From assembly GCA_964016885.1 (NCBI GenBank), contig OZ024741.1:5704001-5768000 (forward strand): a DNA stretch of 64,000 nucleotides, in the 5' to 3' direction. This document shows, in pieces, positions 13,195 to 28,100 of this stretch (positions are counted from its first letter, which is position 1; the number at the start of each line of letters is the position of its first letter). Source of the stretch: Eledone cirrhosa. Lineage: Eukaryota. Under the pieces are notes generated by a model. That model was not told the origin of the DNA. It saw only the letters and a list, made by a program, of their open reading frames with translations, and did no database searches. Made by a program: the position numbers and the translations under genes.

Positions 13195-16100
13195 CTACTG
13201 TAACAGAGACTGTCATTACAACCAACTGTACTGTAACAGAGACTGTCATTACCAACTACTGTAACAGAGACTGTCATTACCAGCTACTGTAACAGAGGCT
13301 GTCATTACCACCTACTGTACTGTAACAGAGACTGTCATTACCACATACTGTAACATAGACTGTCATTACCACCTACTGTACTGTAACAAAGACTGTCATT
13401 ACCACCTACTGTAACAGAGACTGTCATTACCAACTACTGTAACAGAGACTGTCATTACCAGCTACTGTAACAGAGGCTGTCATTACCACCTACTGTACTG
13501 TAACAGAGACTGTCATTACCACATACTGTAACATAGACTGTCATTACCACCTACTGTACTGTAACAGAGACTGTCATTACCACCTACTGTAACAGAGACT
13601 GTCATTACCAACTACTGTAACAGAGACTGTCATTACCAGCTACTGTAACAGAGGCTGTCATTACCACCTACTGTACTGTAACAGAGACTGTCACTACTAC
13701 CTACTGTAACAGAGACTGTCATTACCACCTACTGTACTGTAACAGAGACTGTCATTACCACCTACTGTACTGTAACAGAGACTGTCATTACAACCTACTC
13801 TACTGTAACAGAGACTTCATTACCACATACTGTAACAGAGACTGTCATTACCACCTACTGTAACAGAGGCTGTCATTACCACCTACTCTACTGTAACAGA
13901 GACTGTCATTACCACCGACTGTAACAGAGACTGTCATTACCACCTACTCTACTGTAACAGAGACTGTCATTACCACCTACTGTAACACAGGCTGTCATTA
14001 CCACCTACTGTAACAGATACTGTCATTACCACCTACTGTACTGTAACAGAGACTGTCATTAACACCTACTTTACTGTAACAGAGGCTGTCATTACCACCT
14101 ACTCTACTGTAACAGAGACTGTCATTACCACCTACTGTAACATAGACTGTCATTACCACCTACTGTACTGTAACAGAGACTGTCATTACCACATACTGTA
14201 CTGTAACAGAGACTGTCATTACCACCTACTGTAACATAGACTGTCATTACCACCTACTGTACTGTAACAGAGACTGTCATAACCCCCTACTGTACTGTAA
14301 CAGAGGCTGTCATTACCACCTACTCTACTGTAACAGAGACAGTCATTACCACCTACTGTAACAGAGACTGTCATTACCACCTACTGTACTGTAACAGAGA
14401 CTGTCACTACCACCTACTGTACTGTAACAGAGACTGTCATTACCACCTACTGTAACAGAAACTGTCATTACCACCTACTGTAACAGAGACTGTCATTACC
14501 ACCTCCTGTACTGTAACAGAGACTGTCATTACCACCTACTGTACTGTAACAGAGACTGTCACTACCACCTACTGTACTGTAACAGAGACTGTCACTACCA
14601 CCTACTGTACTGTAACAGAGACTGTCACTACCATCTACTGTACTGTAACAGAGACTGTCATTACCACCTACTGTAACAGAGGTGGTCATTACCACCTACT
14701 GTACTGTAACAGAGACTGTCACTACCACCTACTGTACTGTAACAGAGACTGTCATTACCACCTACTGTAACAGAGGCTGTCATTACCACATACTGTAACA
14801 GAGACTGTCATTACCACCTACTGTAACAGAGGCTGTCATTGTCACCTACCGTTACAGAGACTGTCATTACCACCTACTGTAACAGAGACTGTCATTACCA
14901 CCTACTGTAACAGAGACTGTCATTACCACCTACTGAAACAGAGACTGTCATTACCACCTACTGTAACAGAGACTGTCATTACCACCTACTGTAACAGAGA
15001 CTGTCATTACCACCTACTGCAACAGAGACTGTCATTACCACCTACTGTACTGCAACAGAGACTGTCATTACCACCTACTGTAACATAGACTGTCATTACC
15101 ACCTACTGTACTGCAACAGAGGCTGTCATTACCACCTACTGTACTGTAACAGAGACTGTCATTACCACCTACTGTAACAGAGACTGTCATTACCACATAC
15201 TGTAACAGAGGCTGTCATTACCAATTACTGTAACAGAGACTGTCATTACCACCTACTGTACTGCAACAGAGACTGTCATTACCACCTACTGTAACAGAGA
15301 CTGTCATTACCACCTACTGTACTGCAACAGAGGCTGTCATTACCACCTACTGTACTGTAACAGAGACTGTCATTACCACCTACTCTAACAGAGACTGTCA
15401 TTACCACATACTGTAACAGAGGCTGTCATTACCACCTACTGTACTGTAACAGAGACTGTCATCACCACCTACTGTAACAGAGACTGTCATTACCACATAC
15501 TGTAACAGAGGCTGTCATTAACAATTACTGTAACAGAGACTGTCATTACCACCTACTGTAACAGAGACTGTCATCACCACCTACTGTAACAGAGGCTGTC
15601 ATTACCAACTACTGTAACAGAGACAGTCATTACCACCTACTGTACTGTAACAGAGACTGTCATTACCACCTACTGTACTGTAACAGAGACTGTCACTACC
15701 ACCTACTGTACTGTAACAGAGACTGTCACTACCACCTACTGTACTGTAACAGAGACTGTCACTACCATCTACTGTACTGTAACAGAGACTGTCATTACCA
15801 CCTACTGTAACAGAGGTGGTCATTACCACCTACTGTACTGTAACAGAGACTGTCACTACCACCTACTGTACTGTAACAGAGACTGTCATTACCACCTACT
15901 GTAACAGAGGCTGTCATTACCACATACTGTAACAGAGACTGTCATTACCACCTACTGTAACAGAGGCTGTCATTGTCACCTACCGTTACAGAGACTGTCA
16001 TTACCACCTACTGTAACAGAGACTGTCATTACCACCTACTGTAACAGAGACTGTCATTACCACCTACTGAAACAGAGACTGTCATTACCACCTACTGTAA

Positions 16101-19100
16101 CAGAGACTGTCATTACCACCTACTGTAACAGAGACTGTCATTACCACCTACTGCAACAGAGACTGTCATTACCACCTACTGTACTGCAACAGAGACTGTC
16201 ATTACCACCTACTGTAACATAGACTGTCATTACCACCTACTGTACTGCAACAGAGGCTGTCATTACCACCTACTGTACTGTAACAGAGACTGTCATTACC
16301 ACCTACTGTAACAGAGACTGTCATTACCACATACTGTAACAGAGGCTGTCATTACCAATTACTGTAACAGAGACTGTCATTACCACCTACTGTACTGCAA
16401 CAGAGACTGTCATTACCACCTACTGTAACAGAGACTGTCATTACCACCTACTGTACTGCAACAGAGGCTGTCATTACCACCTACTGTACTGTAACAGAGA
16501 CTGTCATTACCACCTACTCTAACAGAGACTGTCATTACCACATACTGTAACAGAGGCTGTCATTACCACCTACTGTACTGTAACAGAGACTGTCATCACC
16601 ACCTACTGTAACAGAGACTGTCATTACCACATACTGTAACAGAGGCTGTCATTAACAATTACTTAACAGAGACTGTCATTACCACCTAGGGTAACAGAGA
16701 CTGTCATCACCACCTACTGTAACAGAGGCTGTCATTACCAACTACTGTAACAGAGACTGTCATTACCACCTACTGTACTGTAACAGAGACTGTCATTACC
16801 ACCTACTGTACTGTAACAGAGACTGTCATTACCACCTACTGTACTGTAACAGAGACTGTCATTACCACCTACTGCAACAGAGACTGTCATTACCACCTAC
16901 AGTAACAGAGACTGTCATTACCACCTACTGTACTGTAACAGAGGCTGTCATTACCACCTACTGTAACAGAGACTGTCATTACCACCTACAGTAACAGAGA
17001 CTGTCATTGCCACCTACTGTACTGTAACAGAGACTGTCATTACCACCTACTGTAACAGAGACTGTCATTACCACCTAATGTACTGTAACAGAGACTGTCA
17101 TTAAAACCTACTGTAACAGCGACTGTCATTACCACCTACTGTACTGTAACAGAGACTGTCATTACCACCTACTGTACTGTAACAGAGACTGTCATTACCA
17201 CCTACTGTACTGTAACAGAGACTGTCATTAACCCCATACTGTAACAGAGACTGTCATTACCACCTACTGTAACATAGACTGTCATTACCACCTACTGTAC
17301 TGCAACAGAGACTGTCATTACCACCTACTGTAACAGCGACTGTCATTACCACCTATTGTAACAGAGACTGTCATTACCACCTACTGTAAAAGAGACTGTC
17401 ATTACCACCTACTGTAACAGCGACTGTCATTACCACCTACTGTAACATAGACTGTCATTACCACCTACTGTACTGCAACAGAGACTGTCATTACCACCTA
17501 CTGTAACAGCGACTGTCATTACCACCTACTGTAACAGAGTCTGTCATTACCACCTACTGTACTGCAACAGAGACTGTCATTACCACCTACTGTAACAGCG
17601 ACTGTCATTACCACCTACTGTAACATAGACTGTCATTACCACCTACTGTACTGCAACAGAGACTGTCATTACCACCTACTGTACTGTAACAGAGACTGTC
17701 ATTACCACCTACTGTACTGCAACAGAGACTGTCATTACCACCTACTGTAACAGCGACTGTCATTACCACCTACTGTAACATAGACTGTCATTACCACCTA
17801 CTGTACTGCAACAGAGACTGTCATTACCACCTACTGTAACAGCGACTGTCATTACCACCTACTGTAACAGAGACTGTCATTAGCACCTACTGTACTGCAA
17901 CAGAGACTGTCATTACCACCTACTGTAACAGAGGCTGTCATTACCACCTACTGTAACAGAGACTGTCATTACCACCTACAGTACTGTAACAGAGACTGTC
18001 ATTAGCACATACTATAACAGAGGCTGTCATTACCACCTACTGTAACAGAGACTGTCATTACCACCTACTTTAACAGAGACTGTCATTACCACCTACTGTA
18101 TTGTAACAGAGACTGTCATTAACCCCATACTGTAACAGAGACTGTCATTACCACATACTGTAACAGAGGCTGTCATTACCACCTACTGTACTGTAACAGA
18201 GGCCCTCATTACAACCTACTGTAACAGAGACTGTCATTAACACCTACTGTACTGTAACAGAGACTGCCATTACCAACTACTGTAACAGAGACTTCATTAC
18301 CACCTACTGTAACAGAGACTGTAATTACCACCTACTGTAACAGAGACTGTAATTACCACCTACTGTAACAGAGACTGTAATTACCACCTACTGCAACAGA
18401 GACTGTCATTACCACGTACTGTACTGTAACAGAGACGGTCATTACCACATACTGTAACAGCGAATTTCATTACCACATACTGTAACAGAGACTGCCATTA
18501 CCACCTACTGTAGTGTAACAGAGATTGTCATTACCACCTACTGTAAAAGAGACTGTCATTACCAGCTACTGTAACAAAGACTGTCATTACCACCTACTGT
18601 ACTGTAACAGAGACTGTCATTACCACATATTGCAACAGAGGCTGTGATTACCACCTACTGTAACAGAGGCTGTCATTACCACCTACTGTAACAGAGACTG
18701 TCATTAAGCCCTACTGTAACAGAGACTGTCATTACCACATAATGTAACAGAGACTGTCATTACAACCTACTGTAACAGAGAATGTCATTACCACGTACAG
18801 TAACAGAGACTGTCATTACCAACTACTGTAACAGCGACTGTCATTACCACCTACTGTACTGTAACAGAGACTGTCATTACCACCTACTGTCACAGAGACT
18901 GTCATTACTAACTACTGTAACAGCGACTGTCATTACCACCTACTGTGCTGTAACAGAGACTGTCACTACCACCTACTGTACTGTAACAGAGACTGTCATT
19001 ACCACCTACTGTAACAGAGACTGTCATTACTACCTACTGTAACAGAGGCTGTCATTACCAACTACTGTAACAGAGACTGTCATTACCACATACTGTAACA

Positions 19101-22100
19101 GAGACTGTCATTACCACATATTGTAACAGAGTCTGTTATTACCACCTACTGTACTGTAACAGAGAGTGTCATTACCACATACTGTAACAGAGACTGTCAT
19201 TACCACCTACTGTACTGGAATAGAGACTGTAATTACCACCTACTCTAACAGAGACTGTCATTACCACATAATGTAACAGAGACTGTCATTACCACCTACT
19301 GTAACAGAGACTGTCATTACCACCTACTGTAGTGTAACAGAGACTGTCATTAGCAACTACTGTAACAGAGACTGTCATTACCACCTACTGTAACAGAGAC
19401 TGTCATTACCACCTACTGTACTGTAACAGAGACTGTCATTACCACCTACTGTAACAGAGGCTGTCATTACCACATACTGTAACAGAGACTGTCATTACCA
19501 CCTACTGTGTTGTAACAGAGACTGTCATTACCACATACTGTAACAGAGACTGTCATTACCACCTACTGTGCTGTAACAGAGACTGTCATTACCACATACC
19601 GTAACGGAGACTCTCATTCCCACCTACTGTGCTGTAAGAGAGACTGTCATTACCAACTACTGTACTGTAACAGAGACTGTCATTACCACATACTGTAACA
19701 GAGACTGTCATTACCAGCTACTCTACTGTAACAGAGACTGTCATTACCACATAATGTAACAGAGACTGTCATTACCACCTAGTGTACTGTAACAGAGACT
19801 GTCATTACAACATACTGTAACAGAGACTGTCATTACCACCTACTGTGCTGTAACAGAGACTGTCATTACCACATACTGTAACAGAGACTGTCATTACCAC
19901 CTACTGTACTGTAACAGAGACTGTCATTACCACATACTGTAACAGAGACTGTCATTATCACCTACTGTGCTGTAACATAGACTGTCATTACCACCTACTG
20001 TACTGTAACAGAGACTGTACTTACTACATACTGTAACAGAGACTGTCATTACCACCTACTGTACTGTAACAGAGACTGTCATTACCACATAATGTAACAG
20101 AGACTGTCATTACCACATAATGTAACAGAGGCTGACATTACCACGTACTGTAACAGAGGCTGTCATTAGCACCTACTGTACTGTAACAGAAACTGTCATT
20201 ACCACATACTGTAACAGAGAATATCATTACCACCTACTGTAACAGAGACTGTCATTACCACCTACTGTGCTGTAACAGACTGTCATTACCACATAATGTA
20301 ACAGAGACTGTCATTACCACATACTGTAACAGAGACTGTCATTACCACCTACAGTGCTGTAACAGAGACTGTAATTACCACCTACTGTACCGTAACAGAG
20401 ACTGTCATTACCACCTACTGTACTGTAACAGAGACTGTCATTACCACATAATGTAACAGAGACTGTCATTACCACATAATGTAACAGAGACGGTCTTTAC
20501 CACCTACTGTACTGTAACAGAGACTGTCATTACCACCTACTGTAACAGAGGCTGTCATTACCACATACTGTAACAAAGGCTGTCCTTACCACCTACTCTA
20601 CTGTAACAGAGACTTTCATTACCACCTACTCTACTGTAACAGAGGCTGTCATTACCACCTACTGTAACAAAGGCTGTTATTACCACCTACTGTACAGTAA
20701 CAAAGGCTGTCATTACCACCTACTGTACTGTAACAGAGGCTGTCATTACCACCTACTGTACTGTAACAGAGACTGTCATCACCACCTACTGTAACAGAGA
20801 CTGTCATTACCACCTACTGTAACATAGACTGTCATTACCACCTACTGTACTGTAACAGAGACTGTCATTACCACCTACTGTAACAAAGGCTGTCATTACC
20901 ACCTACTGTACTGTAACAAAGGCTGTCATTACCACCTACTTTACTGTAACAGAGACTGTCATTACCACCTACTGTAACATAGACTGTCATTACCACCTAC
21001 TGTAACAAAGCGTGTCATTACCACCTACTGTACTGTAACAAAGGCTGTCATTACCACCTACTGTACTGTAACAAAGGCTGTCATTACCACCTACTGTACT
21101 GTAACAGAGACTGTCATTACCACCTACTGTAACAGAGACTGCCATTAACACCTACTGTACTGTAACAGAGACAGTTATTACCACCTATTGCACTGTAACA
21201 GAGACTGTCATTGCCACCTACTGTAACAGAGGTTGTCATTACCACCTACTGTACTGTAACATAGACTGTCATTACCACCTACTGTAACAGAGACTGTCAT
21301 TACCACCTACTGTAACAGAGACTGTCATTACCATATACTGTAACAGAGGCTGTCATTACCACCTACTGTACTGTAACAGAGACTGTCATTACCACATACT
21401 GTAACAGAGACTGTCATTACCACCTACTGTGCTGTAACAGAGACTGTCATTACCACCTACTGTACTGTAACAGAGACTGTCATTACCACATACTGTAAGA
21501 GTGACTGTCATTACCACCTACTGTACTGTAACAGAGACTGTCATTACCACATACAGTAACAGAGACTGATATTACCACCTACTGTACTGTAACAGAGACT
21601 GTCATTACCACATAATGTAACAGAGACTGACTTTACCACCTACTGTAAGAAAGACTGTCATTACCACATACTGTAACAGAGACTGTCATTACCACCTACT
21701 CTCTGTAACATAGACTGTCATTACCACCTACTGTACTGTAACAGAGACTGTCATTACCACCTACTGTAACAAAGGCTGTCATTACCACCTACTGTAACAG
21801 AGTCTGTCATTACCATCTACTGTACCAGAGACTGTCATTACCACTTACTGTAACATAGACTGTCATTACCACCTACTGTAACAGAGACTCTCATTAACAC
21901 CATACTGTAACAGAGACTGTCATTACCACCTACTGTAACAGAGACTGTCATTACCACCTACTGTAACATAGACTGTCATTACCACCTACTGTACTGTAAC
22001 AGAGACTGTCATTTCCACCTACTGTAACAGAGACTGTCATTAACACATAATGTAACAGAGACTGTCATTACCACCTACTGTAACAGAGACTGTCATTACC

Positions 22101-25100
22101 ACCTACTGTAGTGTAACAGAGACTGTCATTACCACCTACTGTAACAGAGACTGTCATTACCACCTACTGTAACAGAGACTATCATTACCACCTACTGTAA
22201 CAGCGACTCTCATTAACACCTACTGTAACAGAGACTGTCATTACCACCTACTGTAACAGAGACTGTCATTACCACATATTGTAACAGAGGCTGTCATTAC
22301 CACCTACTGTACTGTAACAGAGGCTGTCATTACCACCTACTGTACTGTAACAAAGGCTGTCATTACCACCTACTGTACTGAAACAGAGACTGTCATTACC
22401 ACCTACTGTACTGTAACATAGACTGTCATTACCACCTACTGTACTGTAACAGAAACTGTCATTACCACCTACTGTAACAGAGACTGTCATTACCACCTAC
22501 TGTAACAGAGACTGTAATTACCACCTACTGTAACAAAGGCTGTCATTACCACCTACTGTACTGTAACAGAGACTGTCACTACCACCTACTCTACTGTAAC
22601 AGAGGCTGTCATTACCACCTACTGTAACAGAGACTGTCATTACCACCTACTGTAACAGGGGCTGTCATTACCACCTACTGTAACAAAGGCTGTCATTACC
22701 ACCTACTGTACTGTAACAGAGACTGTCACTACCACCTACTCTACTGTAACAGAGGCTGTCCTTACCACCTACTGTAACAGAGACTGTCATTACCACCTAC
22801 TGTAACAGAGGCTGTCATTACCACCTACTGTAATAAAGGCTGTCATTACCACCTACTGTACTGTAACAGAGACTGTCACTACCACCTACTCTACTGTAAC
22901 AGAGGCTGTCCTTACCACCTACTGTACCAGAGACTGTCATTACCACCTACTCTACTGTAACAGAGACTGTCATTACCACATACTGTAACAGAGACTGTTA
23001 TTACCAACAACTGTAACAGAGGCTGTCATTACCACATATTGTAACAGAGGCTGTCATTACCACCTACTCTACCAGAGACTGTCATTAACACCTACTGTAC
23101 TGTAACAGAGACTGTCATTACCACGTACTGTAACAGAGACTGTCATTACCACGTAGTGTAACAGAGGCTGTCATTACCACCTACTGTAACATAGACTGTC
23201 ATTACCAACTAATCTACTGTAACAGAGACTGTCATTACCACCTACTGTAACAGAGGCTGTCATTACCAACTACTGTAACAGAGACTGTCATTACAACCTA
23301 CTGTAACAGAGACTGTCATTACCACCTACTGTAACAGCGACTCTCATTACCACATACTGTAACAGAGGCTGTCATTACCAACTACTGTAACAGCGACTGT
23401 TAGTACCACCTACTGTACTGTAACAGAGACTGTCATTACCACATACTGTAACAGAGACTGTCATTACCACCTACTGTAACAGAGACTGTCATTACCACCT
23501 ACTGTACTGTAACAGAGACTGTCATTACCACCTACTGTAACAGAGACTGTCATTACCACCTACTGTAACATAGACTGTCATTACCACCTACTGTACTGTA
23601 ACAGAGACTGTCATTACCAGCTACTGTAACAGAGACTGTCATTACCACATACTGTAACAGAGACTGTCATTACCACCTACTGTAACAGCGACTCTCCTTA
23701 CCACCTACTGTAACAGAGACTGTCATTACCACCTACTGTAGTGTAACAGAGACTGTCATTACCACCTACTGTAACAGAGACAGTCATTACCACTTACTGT
23801 AACATAGACTGTCATTACCACCTACTCTGCTGTAACAGAGACTGTCATTACCACATACTGTAACAGAGACTGTCATTACCATCTACTGTGCTGTAACAGA
23901 GACTGTCATTACCACCTACTGTACTGTAACAGAGACTGTCATTACCACCTACTGTACTGTAACAGAGACTGTCATTACCACATACTGTAACAGAGACTGT
24001 CATTACCACCTTCTGTACTGTAACAGAGACTGTCATTACAACATAATGTAACAGAGACTGTCATTACCACCTACTGTACTGTAACAGAGACTGTCATTAC
24101 CACATACTGTAACAGAGACTGTCATTACCACCTACTCTGCTGTAACAGAGACTGTCATTACCACCTACTGTACTGTAACAGAGACTGTTATTACCACATA
24201 CTGTAACAGAGTCTGTCATTACCACCTACTGTACTGTAACAGAGACTGTCATTACCACATAAGGTAACAGAGACTGTCATTACCATATAGTGTAACAGAG
24301 ACTGTCGTTACCACCTACTGTAACAGAGACTGTCATTACCACCTACTGTGCTGTAACAGAGACTGTCATTAACACATACTGTAACAGAGACTGTCATTAC
24401 CACCTACTGTGCTGTAACAGAGATTGTAATTACCACCTACTGTGCTGTAACAGAGACTGTCATTACCACCTAGTGTACTATAACAGAGACTGTCATTACC
24501 ACATACAGTAATAGAGACTGACATTACCACCTACTGTACTGTAACAGAGAATGTCATTACCACCTACTGTACTGTAACATAGACTGTCATTACCACCTAC
24601 TGTAACAAAGGCTGTCATTACCACCTACCGTACTGTAACAGAGACTCTCATTACCACCTACTGTAACAGAGACTGTCATTACCACCTACTGTAACAGAGA
24701 CTGTCATTACCACCTACTGTAACGGAGACTGTCATTAACACCTACTGTAACAGAGACTGTCATTAACACATACTGTAACAGAGGCTGTCATTACCACCTA
24801 CTATAACAGAGATTGTCATTACCACCTACTGTAACAGAGACTGTCATTACCACCTAGTGTAAGAGAGACTGTCATTACCATCTACTGTACTGTAACAGAG
24901 ACTGTCATTACCACCTACTGTACTGTAACATAGACTGTCATTACCACCTACTGTAACAAAGGCTGTCATTACCACCTACCGTACTGTAACAGAGACTCTC
25001 ATTACCACCTACTGTAACAGAGACTGTCATTACCACCTACTGTAACAGAGACTGTCATTACCACCTACTGTAACAGCGACTCTCATTACCACATACTGTA

Positions 25101-28100
25101 ACAGAGGCTGTCATTACCAACTAATGTAACAGCGACTGTTAGTACCACCTACTGTACTGTAACAGAGACTGTCATTACCACATACTGTAACAGAGACTGT
25201 CATAACCCCGTACTGTATTGTAACAGAGACTGTCATTACCATCTACTGTACCAGAGACTGTCATTACCACCTACTGTAACATAGACTGTCATTACCACCT
25301 ACTGTACTGTAAGAGAGACTGTCATTTCCACCTACTGTACTGTAAGAGAGACTGTCATTACCACCTACTGTACTGTAACAGAAACTGTCATTACCACCTA
25401 CTGTACTGTAAGAGAGACTGTCATTTCCACCTACTGTAACAGAGACTGTCATTACCACATAATGTAACAGAGACTGTCATTACCACCTACTGTAACAGAG
25501 ACTGTCATTACCACCTACTGTAGTGTAACAGAGACTGTCATTACCACCTACTGTAACAGAGACTGTCATTACCACCTACTGTAACAGAGACTGTCATTAC
25601 CACCTACTGTAACATAGACTGTCATTACCACCTACTGTACTGTAACAGAGACTGTCATTACCACCTACTGTAACAGAGACTGTCATTACCACCTACTGTA
25701 CTGTAACAGAGACTGTCATTACCACCTACTGTACTGTAACAGAGACTGTCATTACCACCTACTGTACTGTAACAGAGACTGTCATTAACCCCATACTGTA
25801 ACAGAGACTGTCATTACCACCTACTGTAACATAGACTGTCATTACCACCTACTGTACTGCAACAGAGACTGTCATTACCACCTACTGTAACAGCGACTGT
25901 CATTACCACCTACTGTAACAGAGACTGTCATTACCACCTACTGTAAAAGAGACTGTCATTACCACCTACTGTAACAGCGACTGTCATTACCACCTACTGT
26001 AACATAGACTGTCATTACCACCTACTGTACTGCAACAGAGACTGTCATTACCACCTACTGTAACAGCGACTGTCATTACCACCTACTGTAACAGAGTCTG
26101 TCATTACCACCTACTGTACTGCAACAGAGACTGTCATTACCACCTACTGTAACAGCGACTGTCATTACCACCTACTGTAACATAGACTGTCATTACCACC
26201 TACTGTACTGCAACAGAGACTGTCGTTACCACCTACTGTACTGTAACAGAGACTGTCATTACCACCTACTGTACTGCAACAGAGACTGTCATTACCACCT
26301 ACTGTAACAGCGACTGTCATTACCACCTACTGTAACATAGACTGTCATTACCACCTACTGTACTGCAACAGAGACTGTCATTACCACCTACTGTAACAGC
26401 GACTGTCATTACCACCTACTGTAACAGAGACTGTCATTAGCACCTACTGTACTGCAACAGAGACTGTCATTACCACCTACTGTAACAGAGGCTGTCATTA
26501 CCACCTACTGTAACAGAGACTGTCATTACCACCTACAGTACTGTAACAGAGACTGTCATTAGCACATACTATAACAGAGGCTGTCATTACCACCTACTGT
26601 AACAGAGACTGTCATTACCACCTACTTTAACAGAGACTGTCATTACCACCTACTGTATTGTAACAGAGACTGTCATTAACCCCATACTGTAACAGAGACT
26701 GTCATTACCACATACTGTAACAGAGGCTGTCATTACCACCTACTGTACTGTAACAGAGGCCCTCATTACAACCTACTGTAACAGAGACTGTCATTACCAC
26801 CTACTGTACTGTAACAGAGACTGCCATTACCAACTACTGTAACAGAGACTTCATTACCACCTACTGTAACAGAGACTGTAATTACCACCTACTGTAACAG
26901 AGACTGTAATTACCACCTACTGTAACAGAGACTGTAATTACCACCTACTGCAACAGAGACTGTCATTACCACGTACTGTACTGTAACAGAGACGGTCATT
27001 ACCACATACTGTAACAGCGAATTTCATTACCACATACTGTAACAGAGACTGCCATTACCACCTACTGTAGTGTAACAGAGATTGTCATTACCACCTACTG
27101 TAAAAGAGACTGTCATTACCAGCTACTGTAACAAAGACTGTCATTACCACCTACTGTACTGTAACAGAGACTGTCATTACCACATATTGCAACAGAGGCT
27201 GTGATTACCACCTACTGTAACAGAGGCTGTCATTACCACCTACTGTAACAGAGACTGTCATTAAGCCCTACTGTAACAGAGACTGTCATTACCACATAAT
27301 GTAACAGAGACTGTCATTACAACCTACTGTAACAGAGAATGTCATTACCACGTACAGTAACAGAGACTGTCATTACCAACTACTGTAACAGCGACTGTCA
27401 TTACCACCTACTGTACTGTAACAGAGACTGTCACTACCACCTACTGTACTGTAACAGAGACTGTCATTACCACCTACTGTAACAGAGACTGTCATTACTA
27501 CCTACTGTAACAGAGGCTGTCATTACCAACTACTGTAACAGAGACTGTCATTACCACCTACTGTAACAGAGACTGTCATTACCACATACTGTAACAGAGA
27601 CTGTCATTACCACATATTGTAACAGAGTCTGTTATTACCACCTACTGTACTGTAACAGAGAGTGTCATTACCACATACTGTAACAGAGACTGTCATTACC
27701 ACCTACTGTACTGGAATAGAGACTGTAATTACCACCTACTCTAACAGAGACTGTCATTACCACATAATGTAACAGAGACTGTCATTACCACCTACTGTAA
27801 CAGAGACTGTCATTACCACCTACTGTAGTGTAACAGAGACTGTCATTAGCAACTACTGTAACAGAGACTGTCATTACCACCTACTGTAACAGAGACTGTC
27901 ATTACCACCTACTGTACTGTAACAGAGACTGTCATTACCACCTACTGTAACAGAGGCTGTCATTACCACATACTGTAACAGAGACTGTCATTACCACCTA
28001 CTGTGTTGTAACAGAGACTGTCATTACCACATACTGTAACAGAGACTGTCATTACCACCTACTGTGCTGTAACAGAGACTGTCATTACCACATACCGTAA

